A stretch of 64,000 nt of DNA, taken from Octopus vulgaris. Lineage: Eukaryota. The stretch is taken from positions 97,712,001 through 97,776,000 of the forward strand of contig OX597815.1 in NCBI GenBank assembly GCA_951406725.2, given 5' to 3'. The position numbers and the translations under genes were made by a program. Numbering within the stretch: the first letter of the stretch is position 1; the number at the start of each line of letters is the position of its first letter. The notes below the pieces were generated by a model, which saw nothing but the letters and a program-made list of their open reading frames with translations, ran no database searches and had not been told where the DNA came from. This document shows positions 1-12,746 of this stretch, piece by piece.

Positions 1-1425
1 ACTTGAGAGAGTGTTCACTAAAATTTTACAAGGACGAGCTATGTTGACGAAGACTCCTTCGTTCCACATCATTGATGTTCTTAAGGAAGGTAGCTAGGCA
101 TTGCTGATTCTTAGGGACGGTAGGTAACTATAGCTGACTTTATCATTCAAGATCATTTTCAAAAAATGTATTACGTTATGGTAGTTTTAGAATATATATT
201 TGGTAATAAAACCTGCGTGTAAAAAAAATCGGAATAAAGATTCTGTAAGGAATACAAGCAAAATATAGCTGGATATAATGGACTGAAGAAGGACAGATTG
301 TTACTTTCCCACTAGTTTCTCTACTTATCAAGAAACTGTACGTCATTCTTCAGTCAGTCTATTTCTACTTATATTGTTCTGTTTTTTTCTTGGAATTAAG
401 AATATACAGATATTCATGATAGATATTTAAAGGTGGCTTAAAAGTCAGAAATGGCATTTGTGAAGCTGTATACCATTATAGAGTTTAGCCCGAGGGACAT
501 AATTTACGTGGCGCGAAATAAATTCTTACCATATTCAATAATAAAAGCATAATATTATAAGGAGTCATTAATAAATTTAAATTTATAAATATGATAAAAT
601 AGATTAAGCTACAGAGAAAATGTTTTGTTTTGTGTAATTAACATCTAGAAGAGAGGGGATGTTTGGAAATGAGATATGAACATATTGATTTAAGTGTCTC
701 ATCTAAACAGGTGTATGGTTAAGCTGAATTGTTTCAAAATAATACAAAAAAATAGACATTTCAATACAGAAATTTACAGACAACAACACATCAGCTAGTT
801 AAGCAGAGCTCGAAGGATATCTCGATCGATAGACATGGTTAATGTTGTTTTGGCATGTTCGACTGGACTGCCCTAACAACAAACGCATTCTAATCACAGC
901 CATAACGGCTTTCAGGAACTATGTTACCTTCGACTACATTAACCAATGCATAATGCTTTAAAGCCGTTTAGCATGACTGAAGAGGGATTTGTTAAAAGAT
1001 TGCTTTTAAATTAAATTAATACATCTCATTAATTAAACAGAAAGGGCAGATTAATGAGGTACAGCTAAAATGTATTGAAGCACTAAGGATTAATTCAAAT
1101 CTATAGATGTACGAAATACATAAAATCTGGAATATGAAGACAGTGTTGCTTCAAGCATCTTCCTGAATTAATTTGGATTAAAGAGGTAAAATGGCAATAT
1201 TGAACTATTAATCAAGGAGGTTAGAATATTGGAGTAAGAAAATATTAATAAAGGAATTTAATCAAAAACGTTGTGTGAATATTTTTTTAAGAAGACATCA
1301 CAAATAAGGGACATAAAGCATATACGTGGCAGTAGAAGATTAGTACATATTTATTAAGGAGTTGTAATGACATGTATTAAAACAACTTTGATTAATTTAA
1401 ATCTAGGAGTGTGCGTCACGCAGAA

Positions 1426-2337
1426 TACAAGGCAGTCGAGCAAAATTTAATGATTTTTGCATATCTCCCTTTCGTTTATTTTTTTTTCGGAAACGGTTTG
1501 GTGTATTGGTGAACAGCCAACGACGTTGGTGAGCATAAAGAGTAAAATTGTTAATGTCAAACACTTAATTAATGTGGAGGACTAGAGGCTATCTGAACAT
1601 TGGAAAAGAGTTGCTTGTATCATGATGATTCCAAATGTATCAAGTTGCCGACATCATGACTACTCACAATGCTTGTGAACAATGTAAAGGCTGTAAAACG
1701 TGAAGTGGATAACTGCAACGGAAAATATGAAGCCAGCAAGAAAGGACACGGCAGACGTTCTGACTTCGTTCGCACGCTGGGCTCTTCCCTACATATATGA
1801 ACAGGGCCTTAGACCCACTTCAGACGGCTAAATGAAACTGCTGTAGACTATGGTGAAATCCTGACAGAAGAGGGTTGCTGCTAGATGACCATATATGTGA
1901 CAGGAGGATTCGGCTCCTTACCATATCTCTGGAAAGAGTCAGAAGTGGTTGTAACAGCATTTCCAGAACTTCACCAGCCCCAATTTCTTGCCTCATAATT
2001 CCACCGATTATAATCCCTTGGATAACTATGCGTGGTTGTGAAAGACACCAACCGCTCTGCCTGCAACACAAAGGGCAAGATGGTGGCCAAGATCAAGGAG
2101 GCTTTAAAATATCTTCCCTAGGACACAGTGAGAACCGCATATGCTGGGACCCGGAACTGTCTTGAAGCTGAGCTAGAAGGTGAGGGCGGGTACTTCGAGT
2201 AAACTGTTATCTCTTATCCCATAATCTAGTTGACATTTTTTGATTTTTTACAAATACTTTTTATTCTTGGATGGGATATTGTGTTTTATAATCCTTTTAG
2301 GCAAACTGTCAAATTTAGCCAGAACAACCTGAATGTA
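1426..2337 (+). mobile_element. Decayed, internally deleted Tc1/mariner DNA transposon of DD37D (maT-type) spacing
   Basis: Manual translation from 1901 gives QEDSAPYHISGKSQKWL*QHFQNFTSPNFLPHNSTDYNPLD, with 37 residues between D (1907) and D (2021). After a frameshift it continues KDTNRSACNTK...LEAELEGEGGYFE* (~2202). An N-terminal-like remnant lies at ~1690-1780. Weak degenerate TIRs at ~1426-1460 and ~2300-2337. Several stops. Confidence 0.8.
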
Positions 2338-4001
2338 AAAGAGAAAAGGTCACAATGTTTCGGTGATTTAGGCTAAATATTTTAATTAGGGAAGTGTATT
2401 TGAGAACATACCACAAAGGATAATCAGAAAAGGTATATCATATCATTTTATATCTTTTAGGGTGACGAATTAAGAAAACATAAAGAGAAACTTTATTATA
2501 ACTTGCTTTCTTTCTTTGAAGAAAATGCGGTGAAATATGTTTGTGAACTACAGAAAATAGAATCAATACTTTATCTATATATTTAAATCAACAGCGTCTA
2601 AGATATGAAATTGATATGTAATTAAAACTAATCAAATGGTGTTAATATATCTAATTAGTACGAAATCTGAGGATATTTTATTTGAAGGGAGAAAGTAAAG
2701 AAAGGTTCAATTAATTTAATAAGAGGAAGTAATTCGAAAAGTAAAGTGAAAAGTAAGTATTAAGATTATGTGATAAGGACGTAATTATTAAGATATTTGT
2801 GGAGATCTGAACCGTAAAATGGATTTGATTAAAAATGTGTGCAAAGTTGTTACCAATTAGGATCATAACATAGTTGAAGATATTTGTAAAACTAACAGGT
2901 TCTCTGTAAGCAAGATGAAATCCTTTTAGAATGTTTATGACGGATGGGCTTTTTGGCAAACAATATCTAATACTCTTTAAGATATAGCAACATAGCACAG
3001 TTGTGGTGATACATGGACAGCGTAGCGTACTGACCCAAACTTTGAGACTGATCCATAACAAGAAACCTTTACGATCCTCCACAAAGAGCAATTGGATAGA
3101 GAATAACCGACAGCTAAAAGCTCCTTAAACCTGCCCAGTTTCAGTTTCAGAGCGGGTCCAATTCCATTTCTTTAAGAAGTCGAAGATCTTTATCGACATT
3201 AACTTTGAATACTTACATAGTCTGACTTGCTCTATAGTTGTGAACTATTTTGCTCCTCGAGAGACCAGATGTGTCGCAGTCACGCCATATTTTGTGAATC
3301 AAATGCTCGTCAGAAGGAGGGTTTGGTAGGACTAAAATAAAACCTTGATTTCTGCTGATACCCTGATGGATAGTATCAAGGATAAATAAATGGAAACGAA
3401 AATAAAATGAACTCAGCAAAATTGGATTGATATCAGGTTATGAAATTACGAAGAGCAGGTGGAGAATTGGTTAAAGTCGTGCAAAACGATGTTTGAAATT
3501 CCTGTGATAATAACAAGAGCTGACTTCACTCTGAGACAATGCCTGTTTTCCAATATATATTTGGCAGCTTCGCCGCTGGCCAATCATAACGGAGAAATAA
3601 AAACGGTCAGCGTTTGTCTAATTCACTGAAAATAGAAAACTATGTTGTTGTTCTCAAATACTCTTGCCAATCTGTAGCCACATCCCTGAATAGCAGAATA
3701 CTTTTGCAAACCAACATACCCAGGACAATGTTCCAATGCACAAAAGTATGCAGAAGACAGACATCCATATACTGTAAATATCCGGAGTGTGGAGATGCAG
3801 TGAACTAGAAACCAAAAGCTAACTTGCAATATAAGAGTGGGACTAGGCACGTCAAAATAACATAATTTGAATTTACATTCTTTAATATCACACCTACGCT
3901 ATCAGAACACAAATTATTCCGATTAAAGAGAGGTTCGGAATTGCTCCCTAAATTAGCAATAAAATTCATACCAACCAACATCATGTTTTCTCTTCGACAG
4001 C

Positions 4002-4065
<64 letters not shown>

Positions 4066-4144
4066 GTTGTTGTTGTTGTTGTTGTTGTTATTATCATTAT
4101 TGTTGTTGTTGTTGTTGTTGTTGTTGTTATTGTTGTTATTATTA
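4002..4144. repeat. (TTA)n/(TTG)n compound microsatellite
   Basis: Directly visible; explains the poly-N and poly-L ORFs. Confidence 0.97.
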
Positions 4145-5601
4145 TATTGCTTTTTCATGCATTTCTTATTTTACGCATTTAGCTGTTGATTTACATTGTT
4201 CTTATCTTAGCCTATCCGAGTCTGTATATTCACCCTACAAATTATGTGTGGGCGCGCGCACATAAATGATAAACTGTATTGCAATGCTATAGGGTTTTTT
4301 AATCACTGAAGGTACACAAAGAGTGTAAATTAATATGACCCGTAATTTCGAAAAGAAGACATTTTCAATCTAGAGTCATGTACATATTACATGATAAATA
4401 CCATCTCAATCTACTTTTGAGCCAGAAATATATTTTTCTTGCAAAATATTTTTATTTGCATGAACCACTTAAGTTAGATTTAGTTAAACAATCAATATCT
4501 ATGCACGCAATCTATGAAGTACTACAGGTTTCTTTAACCTGCCAGCCAGGTCAGTAGACTGTCTATAAATATGAAATAAAACAGAAAAGTATACAAAATA
4601 TAAAATGAAGATAAAATAACAACTTGAAGTAGTCTTGAGATTTGAATAAAATTGGATATTTCTATTTGTGAATAGATGTATTGATAATTGTGTTTTATTG
4701 AGGTTCCTGTATTGCATAGAAGAAAATGTTTCACAATGAATAAACCAAACTTAAGACAGATAAAAGTATAAAATTCTCTCAGACATCGATATGCCAGCAA
4801 ATGAGAGGAATCCATTATTCGAGGTTTAATTTAGCTTATTCAGTTATATTTTCGACAGTCACTCGATATTGTGTATCATTTTATTTTAATGCATTGAATT
4901 AATACATTGAGAAAGTGATGTTATTGTTCACTGAGTACCAAGCTGCATGCCAATGCGAGATGAAGAGTTCTAAAGACTTGAAATTTCGAAATGTATCTGC
5001 TGCTTTTTTGACTGTAACTTTCTGTATGAAACAGTGTGAATTAAATTATTTTTATACAGCTAATTGAGGAACTACAGCAATACTGAAATATATCTAAACT
5101 TTTCATTCAACATGCTAAAAATTTTGAGTTTCCATTCGATACATAATTAAATATAATGCATGCAAATTTAGTTGATCTCGAATCTTTCTTGACCTTAATT
5201 AACCCTTAAGCAAACTTTTTCTCCTCACAAAACAGATAATTGTTATTCATTAGATTTGTTCTGTTAAAAAGCTTTAAATAGTGTAGCATCAATCCACTTA
5301 AGCTGAACGTAACGCATTCAATGAGAGAGAGAAAGACAAAGAGAGAGAGGGGGTAGAATACATTTTTAATATAGTAGTTATGTTAAAATGGTAGCGATTT
5401 TGATCTCACTTTGGAGAAGGGGCTTTTACCATAGCTTATTGTCGACCATAATATTATTAGTACAATTTATGAAACGGAAGCTGTTGCAAATCATGCAGTA
5501 ATAACCACTAGATGCGTACACACAAACACAAACACACACATACACTCACACACACACACAAACACACACACACACACACATATATATACATATATGGTAA
5601 A

Positions 5602-5810
5602 GGCGCATGGCTTACTGGTTAATGCATTCGGCTTACGATCGTAAGAGTTCAATTTCTGGCGACGCATTGTGTCTCTTCAGCAAGACACTTCATTTCCCAC
5701 TGCTCCAGTTCACTCAGCTGACATGAATGAATAATATCTGCTTGTCACACCCTGTAAACTACGGTAAGGGTACATGTGTTTGTGGAGTGCTCAGCCACTA
5801 GCAGGTTAGA
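5602..5810 (+). mobile_element. Degenerate tRNA-derived SINE
   Basis: Head GGCGCATGGCTTACTGGTTAA (A-box-like) and GAGTTCAATTTC (B-box-like), then a CORE-like body AGCAAGACACTTCATTTC...GCTCCAGTTCACTCAGCTG. Confidence 0.65.
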
Positions 5811-6583
5811 ATCTTCTTGAGCAAAGCGACAGCAATAGCATTAATTTTGTCTATTGAATGCATATTCATAGTATTTCAAAATGATTTCATAATTAGTTAT
5901 GCTATTTCTTAAACCTCTGCATATTTAACTTACGTATGACTTAGTATCATATTAATTCACAATGAACTGTATTAAATAGTGCCTGCCAAATATGCAACTG
6001 TTCTTTCATCACTTCTTCATCTCTTTCTGCTTCAATTAAAACTCACTACATCAAGAGTGCTAGCGCTCTCTTCCCTATATGTATCACCGGTGTCCGGCCA
6101 AGCCTGATCTTTCTCTCTTGGTTCGGCCGTCGTCCATGCAACATCGATATTCCTCTCTGTGCCTGTGAAATCTTGTATTTCTGCCGTATGGCTTTATTTC
6201 CACACACGCCAGCTTAATTCAATTCGTCCTTAGTCGAATGACACCTGTTTCTATGTCCTGTTATAATTTTTATTATCATTTTTATTGTATTTGTATAACA
6301 TTGTCCGTTTTTTTCCGACCTTCTTATTGTATACATTCGCTTCTTTCTTCCCAAAAATCTAATGCTCTTAGCTTAGTTTTTCTTTGGGGCTGGCCAGATT
6401 GGAGCAATCTCGAGGATAATCAGCCAAAATTGCAAAGATAATCTGGAACACGACTGCGGAAAGAAAACTCCGAATGACTTGTCCTTGTTTTTTTGCATCG
6501 TCTATCTGAACGTTTTGTTGTCCCTTTTATGTATCACCTAACTGTCTGGATGTTTTGCGTTCTTGTCCCATTTTGTATATATA

Positions 6584-6624
<41 letters not shown>

Positions 6625-8118
6625 CACTGTCTAGGTGCAGTATGGCCGAATGATTAAAAAGTATTCTTCGCAACCATGACGTATCTCATTCGATATCACT
6701 GTCTCATCTTGAGATAAACCCTTTCTCCATAATCTAGGATAGATCTATAATTTCCGAAGATTAGGTTGTCAGAAACTGTACATAAGTTCATCCACCAGAT
6801 TATATGCAATTCGAAAGGGGCAGTTTTATCACATACTTCATCAGGCTGATTTTACATTAGAATTACGTTAAAGGTTCACGTGTCGATGGAATTTTTAGTT
6901 ACTTACATATTTATTTTGAAACAGAGGATTCAGTTGATCAAACAAAAGAATGGTCAACGTCCAATGACAGACACCCACCACCACCACCATCATCACTTAC
7001 TACGTCCTTGATATCATTCAAGTGAGGTTGAGGTTGTTATCAGCCAGTACAAATGAAAATACCTTCACCTGTAATGGCCGACAAAATAAAGAATCAAGTA
7101 ATGAGATGGGGTTATTTAATCGAATGTTGGCGTCGCTTCGCAGGCAAGAGACTACAGATTCCCAAACAGCTTCTTGTGTTGCTCGTACGTTAACAGCCGT
7201 TGCAAATCTAGACCCCGCCGTCCGTTACTGTATGTCTGTAAGCAGCTGCGACTTACGAATATTAATAAGTTTGAAAGATATAATTGTAGATCAACACCAG
7301 ATAAGTACACCTTGTAATTGTTACAATTTTATAATGACTGGCTGCACATAAAAATACAGAACTATGTGACAGCTTTTCCTCATTTCTTTGGAAGTTTCAG
7401 TGTTCAGATCATTATAATACTTTTGAAATCTAAATACTTGAAATCTTTCAGGAAAAGTTTTATAGTTGGAAGCGAAGCAATCAAGAAATCAATTAAAACT
7501 GAATCTAATGATAACTAAATACTTCAATATGCACAAAGGAAACGGATGATACAACGTCAGTAAATTAGAGGTTGAGAAATGTTAGTGTAACACAATTTTA
7601 AATATTCATTTCAAATATTAAACCAGCTTTTTAAAAATATATCCAAATCTCAATGTTTTTCTCTCTCTCTCTCTGTAAAGAAGAGAAAGAATTTTATGTT
7701 GATTAAGCAAAGAACGAAATATAACACTACAACATTTCCAGACCAATCATAAATAATTGCAAGAGACATTTGCAATCACACCTTAAACACAATTCTTAGC
7801 TAATATATCATAATGAGGATTTGACCCATTAAGGAACGACTAGTCGTCAGTTGGATTCTTAATTTCCGCACTTATGTATGGACAATATTTCGGTGTTATA
7901 ATTTTCGCTTTATTACCCCAAAATAAGTTTAATTATAAAATCAATAGAGATAATTAAATCAAACTGATATTTTATTTTTAGTTCAATTTTAAATGTATAT
8001 ATCTTTTGAGAACGTTTAATTCTCCCCCTTTTTCTTTTTGCTAATTTCTTTCATTTTAAGTTTTTCATTTCCCCTTGATCCTATAATTCATGTTGCTTCT
8101 ATTATGATTATTATTATT

Positions 8119-8730
8119 GAGTGAGAGAGCAGTTCATGCCATCAAAGTGACACTGGGGTAAAATATACGAAGCCCAATATACCCATCATGACTACCCGTC
8201 TGATAAAGGCACACCAGGCACATGCATCACAGCCATATGTGCGCGACATGGTGATCTCATATCAAGATAAACAGCACATGACCTTGCAGGTGGGGCCCAG
8301 TTAGAATTTTCTTCAGGTTGAGTAGCCCATCCCGCTCAAACGGTCCCTGAATAAGGGTTGTTTAAGGATGTTGAAAGAACCACCCATGTTTCCAGAGGTG
8401 AATTATTCAAACCCCAAAGAATCCCTCTCAACACATGGCTATGACGCTCCCCCACTACTTCTGCTCGTGATCAGAGATGCACATATCGTCAGCCACTAAG
8501 GGACATGCTCAACTGGTTAAGGTCAAACAACTGACAAGCAAATCTGTGGTATTGAGCAGAATATTTGCTGTAGCCCATCTTTTATACCAAGACAAAACAA
8601 TGTACATGGTAACACTTCCAATCAGTTAAGATCAGAAGCCATGAGAGCCATTGCCTGGTACTGCATCAGGGAATTGATACTGCATCAGGGCATTGATACT
8701 GCATCAGGGCATGGTACTGCATCAGGGCAT
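8119..8730. mobile_element. ~610-bp non-coding interspersed repeat embedded in (ATT)n, with a 4x 18-19-bp terminal tandem
   Basis: High-complexity block flanked by ATT repeats on both sides. Its left terminus (ATTGAGTGAGAGAGC...ATGCCATCA) recurs at 24001-24029, also next to (ATT)n. TG(G/A)TACTGCATCAGGG(C/A)AT occurs four times at 8656-8730. Confidence 0.7.
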
Positions 8731-8732
8731 TG

Positions 8733-8806
<74 letters not shown>

Positions 8807-11299
8807 TGCTCTGGCCTCATGCCAAAATCTGGAGCAATTATTCTTATCATTGCTTCTGTTGTGCCTATTGTGTCTAAATTATTATTACTATAGTTGTTTT
8901 GGAAGCTTCATGAATTTGTGCCCCATTTTCCTTTCTAGAAAGTCTGTTTTGGTTAATTTTAGTTTTTTTTCCCCGTTGATCAGCAACATAAGGGAGTGAT
9001 GAATCATTTTGTTTACTCGCCCTATGAATTAAAACTTTAAAAGAAAAGAAGTTTTTCGAAAAAAAAATTATAAAAAGGCATCGCCTTTCTCAGCCAATCA
9101 GCAACAGAGGAAGGTGAAAAAGAATTTTTGAAGATGAAACAATCTTTCCCTGTAATCTCCTAGCACACAATAATAAACAAGTAGTTGTAAATAAAACTAG
9201 AAGTGTCACTTTCAGTAGCAATAACAGTATCAACGACAACAACAAGAACAGTAGTTGCAGTAACAGCAATAACATGTCAAACAGAAAAGCTCGCAAAAGC
9301 ATCAGTAGGAGAAAATCATGCATGTTCACCCAGGAGCGCTCCATCGACTTACAAAAATCTGAAGCTTACAAACTAATACTAATTTATCTTGGACGGGGGG
9401 GGGGTGATCCAAGTAAAACTTTTACACATACCACGAGAACTAGACTTCTAGTGGGTGGTGAAATGTGAAGATTCTCGCACACTGTTAAAAATGAAAAGAT
9501 ACTGAAATAATTGGGTTTCAGTGAGGTTGGAGATTTTAATTCTGATGAAACCTGGGATAGTAGACAAAATCCTATACCTAACAGAAACCCCAGAATGTCA
9601 GCAACTGCAAGTAGTAGTGGTAGGCAGAAGACGTCGATACTGCAACTGTGGAAACAATAAATTGTTAATAATTTCTGTTCCCAACAAGAACAGAATGTAA
9701 CAGTTGAAATGCCTCCAGTACATCCAGGGCTACAACACAGTACCACCATCAGCAGCAGCAATTACCACAGATGCTAAAGCAACTAACGCACCACCACCGC
9801 GAGACACTATCGTGAAAATTCTTTCAGGGTCATATCAATACATATATCAGTATTGAAGTTTTTTAATAATTATATTTATCGAATCCCTAAGTTACACATC
9901 GATCATGACATTAGCTTACAGTGCACAAATATGGCCCTGTAAAATAAGCACCACCAACAAGCATTATCAAGTCTATTTTAAGAATAATACATACCCCTCC
10001 ATATTTCTGTAAACCATATCTTATAGCATGTGCCCTTCAATTCAGTGATTTTATACAAGTTACAGTCAATTATTATTGATATGTCTATCCTCCGATAGCT
10101 AGAAATATTAGTTACGTAAGAGCAAAATTTCACTCAAAACTACCGTTCTTGTTTCTAAATTAGAAACACTGCTTACCCACGGGTAGTCTAGTTAAACAAA
10201 TCTTTAATCCAAACTGTTCCATCCAATATTATACCATATTTTCGCATATCTATCCGATGCATTTTCTTTTACATTAAAAGGAGAGGATGTGCTCTAAGAG
10301 ACATTGGTAGTTACTTCTAGCAGGAGGAAGCGTGTAGCTGGTTCCTCGTTGTCTCTAACATTTGTTATTGATCATCGTAGTTATCAAGTATGCTATTAAG
10401 ATATCCAAACCTAAATCAAGAATCGATAATATTTATAATTTTCTCTTTTAACGTTAGCTTCTATTTCTATATTTGTCATTCATCATCATTATTATATTCA
10501 GTTTGTGTGCTTTGAGAACATACAGACGAGCTAAAACAAGAAGCTAATTATTGTTGTATGTTCAGCTTTCAGGAAAGTGTGTTATATTGACCAAGTAATT
10601 TTCCAAACAATAACTCCAAAATTTCGAAAGCTTCCTCCAACCTACATAAACTATGAAAAATAGTGTAATATTAGTTTCTAACACAAACACGAGGCCTAAA
10701 ATTTGAGAGGTCAGTATAGTCGGTTATATCGTCACCCAGAAGTGGACTCCTTCTGATTTTGTCGACCCTTTTCTGGTTGAAAAACAAAATCGACTTGAGC
10801 GAGATTTCAGCTTAGAAGTTATTTTTGTCAGCTTATTATCCTAGACAATGATTTAACACTGACACTTCGTGGTAACCAGGAGCAGATATGCTTAATTATA
10901 ATCAAAAGTGTTTAAACTACGTATTATACATAAACATCTATTGTTTATAATGTTCTGTATCTAAGTATAGCATATCTATAGCTTTTTGAAAAAACAAAAA
11001 CTGTGATTGAGAAAGCAAATAGATTTGATACATGAAGAGGCATTATTTATTTTGAAAAGCGAAAAATTAAAGATACTTCCATTGTAAACATAGAAATTAG
11101 AATTGTAAAATAAATGAATTCGATTATTTAAGGATAAGACGATAACATTTGAATTTTATATTGTGTACTGCCACTACTCTCACTTTTAATTGCTTATGAT
11201 ATATGTGGAAGTCAAACTGTTTATTGTTTCTAATAGCATCATAAGTGTAAATCCATGTTTATATTTCACATGGGTGAGCACAAAATCTTTAAGTTCTAT

Positions 11300-12085
11300 T
11301 TTAGATATTTTAGGAAAATATGCAACATAGCAACAAAGTCACAATTGGGTAGGCCACAACAAGCACATGGTTCTGACTTCCAAGCAGATGGGTTCTGCTT
11401 TTCAACGATTGACCAGCATAGGGTGCTTTCTCTTTTGCACTCTGTGGTCCAATGGTTCTGTTGCTGTGAACATCTGCTGCGTAGAAGACTGCGCATGCCG
11501 TAGCTAAAGATGCACTGATATACGTTGAGGCTATAACCCATTCAGTGTTTCCATGGTAGTGATCAGGTGTAGTTGCCTTTATCAGACGAGCTTTTCCGCG
11601 GCACTTTGTGGGAATTGTACTCGTAAACCAGGATAGGGCTCCTGGCACATGGAGTCAGGACATAATAAACTTCTTTCAGTTGGGTAATGTGGTTCGTGGG
11701 TGTTTCAATATGGTGTTCTATAGAGAATTGGTGATGGGTAAGAGCGACAACGATCATAGAGAAAATCTGGGCTTCGATGAGAAAATCTGAGTCTTCTGGA
11801 GCGATTTTACGCTGAGGCTTATGGATAATTTCCAGAAATACCTAGTCTAGAAGGTTGGGAATCTTTAGGTGGTCCTCGATCATCTTTATAGACGTGATAG
11901 TGCAATCACCCATGCCTGTCCGAGCATTGTTGACTTGTGAGGTTATGTCAAAGAGCTACTACCTGTTGGTTGAAAAGTACAGGGGAGGAATAAGCGCTTA
12001 CCTGGTGAATAGGATGACTCGCTAATTTGGGTCTTCCTTTTCAGCTCTATTGAGGAATTTTGTTGTAATTTTCTTTTCCATTGCG
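11300..12085 (-). pseudogene. Possible decayed retroelement ORF (zinc-knuckle-like remnant)
   Basis: GC-richer, high-complexity block with overlapping broken - strand ORFs. The segment RSRCSQQQNHWTTEC...CACCG resembles degenerate CCHC knuckles. No diagnostic motif is intact. Confidence 0.3.
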
Positions 12086-12173
12086 ATTTTTGTATTGTTT
12101 ACACGTGTTTATATAAATCCTTGCTGTTCTTGTCTTTGAATTGTCATGGATACTGTCCTTCTCGCTAATCAAG

Positions 12174-12190
12174 TATTATTTTTATTGTTA

Positions 12191-12230
<40 letters not shown>

Positions 12231-12270
12231 TATTATTATTATCATTATTATTATTATTATTATTATTATT
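12174..12270. repeat. (TTA)n microsatellite just upstream of the receptor exon acceptor
   Basis: Directly visible; gives the poly-Y/poly-L leader of ORF 12146..12592. Confidence 0.95.
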
Positions 12271-12302
12271 AGTAACGTTATTTCGTTCTTTCGTTATATT
12301 AG

Positions 12303-12568
12303 AGTCTCCGTACCGGGACCTCATCTCAGATGCCATCTTAAAACTGCAAGAGGAACAAGTAATAACTCTATTATACAACAAATGGTGGCGTGAAGGTTAT
12401 GGAGCGGTGGAATGTCCAAACGAAGATGCTAACAAAGATGCAAGTGAATTGGGCGTTTCCACCGTCGGGGGCGTATTTGTCGTGCTCGGCGGCGGATTGG
12501 CCACCGGCCTGATCGCTGCCTTAATGGAGTTTGTGTGGAAAGCAAAGAAAAATGCTGAAGAAGATAAA
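12303..12568 (+). CDS. GRIK2: Kainate-type ionotropic glutamate receptor (GluK/GRIK2-like), penultimate coding exon: end of S2 ligand-binding segment, M4 helix and start of C-tail
   Basis: Encodes SPYRDLISDAILKLQEEQVITLLYNKWWREGYGAVECPNEDANKDASELGVSTVGGVFVVLGGGLATGLIAALMEFVWKAKKNAEEDK, aligning with vertebrate GluK2 SPYRDKITIAILQLQEEG...KWW...CP...ASALG...IGGIFIVL...EFLYKSKKNAQLEK. Acceptor tttcgttatattag ends at 12302 (phase 1); donor AAA|gtaggt at 12569 (phase 0). The symbol marks closest family similarity, not proven 1:1 orthology. Confidence 0.93.
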
Positions 12569-12665
12569 GTAGGTTTTCAATTCAATTACTAAATGATTCT
12601 TTATACTTCTTATCTCTGACATCTTGATATCCTGCTTTATGCAAATATGTTTTGTCATATATATT

Positions 12666-12746
<81 letters not shown>

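Noticed and set aside
3805-4189. Poly-N/poly-L ORFs, and all YIYI, CVCV, THTH and LSIY ORFs in the track
   Set aside because: They are translations of microsatellites with no coding signal.
6060-6577. Repeat-like block with CTGCGGA...CCGAA...GTC resembling a hammerhead
   Set aside because: Both core halves are mutated and the stems are unconvincing; family not identifiable from this window.
9090-9761. Leu/Cys-rich ORFs and a CTGATGA...GAAAC pair at 9542-9588
   Set aside because: The ORFs come from decayed trinucleotide repeats, and the motif lacks proper stems I and III.
1-12302. Upstream receptor exons (e.g. ...GGLIDSKGYG...)
   Set aside because: No ORF or motif matching S2, M3 or earlier domains was seen; the preceding exon is probably outside the window.
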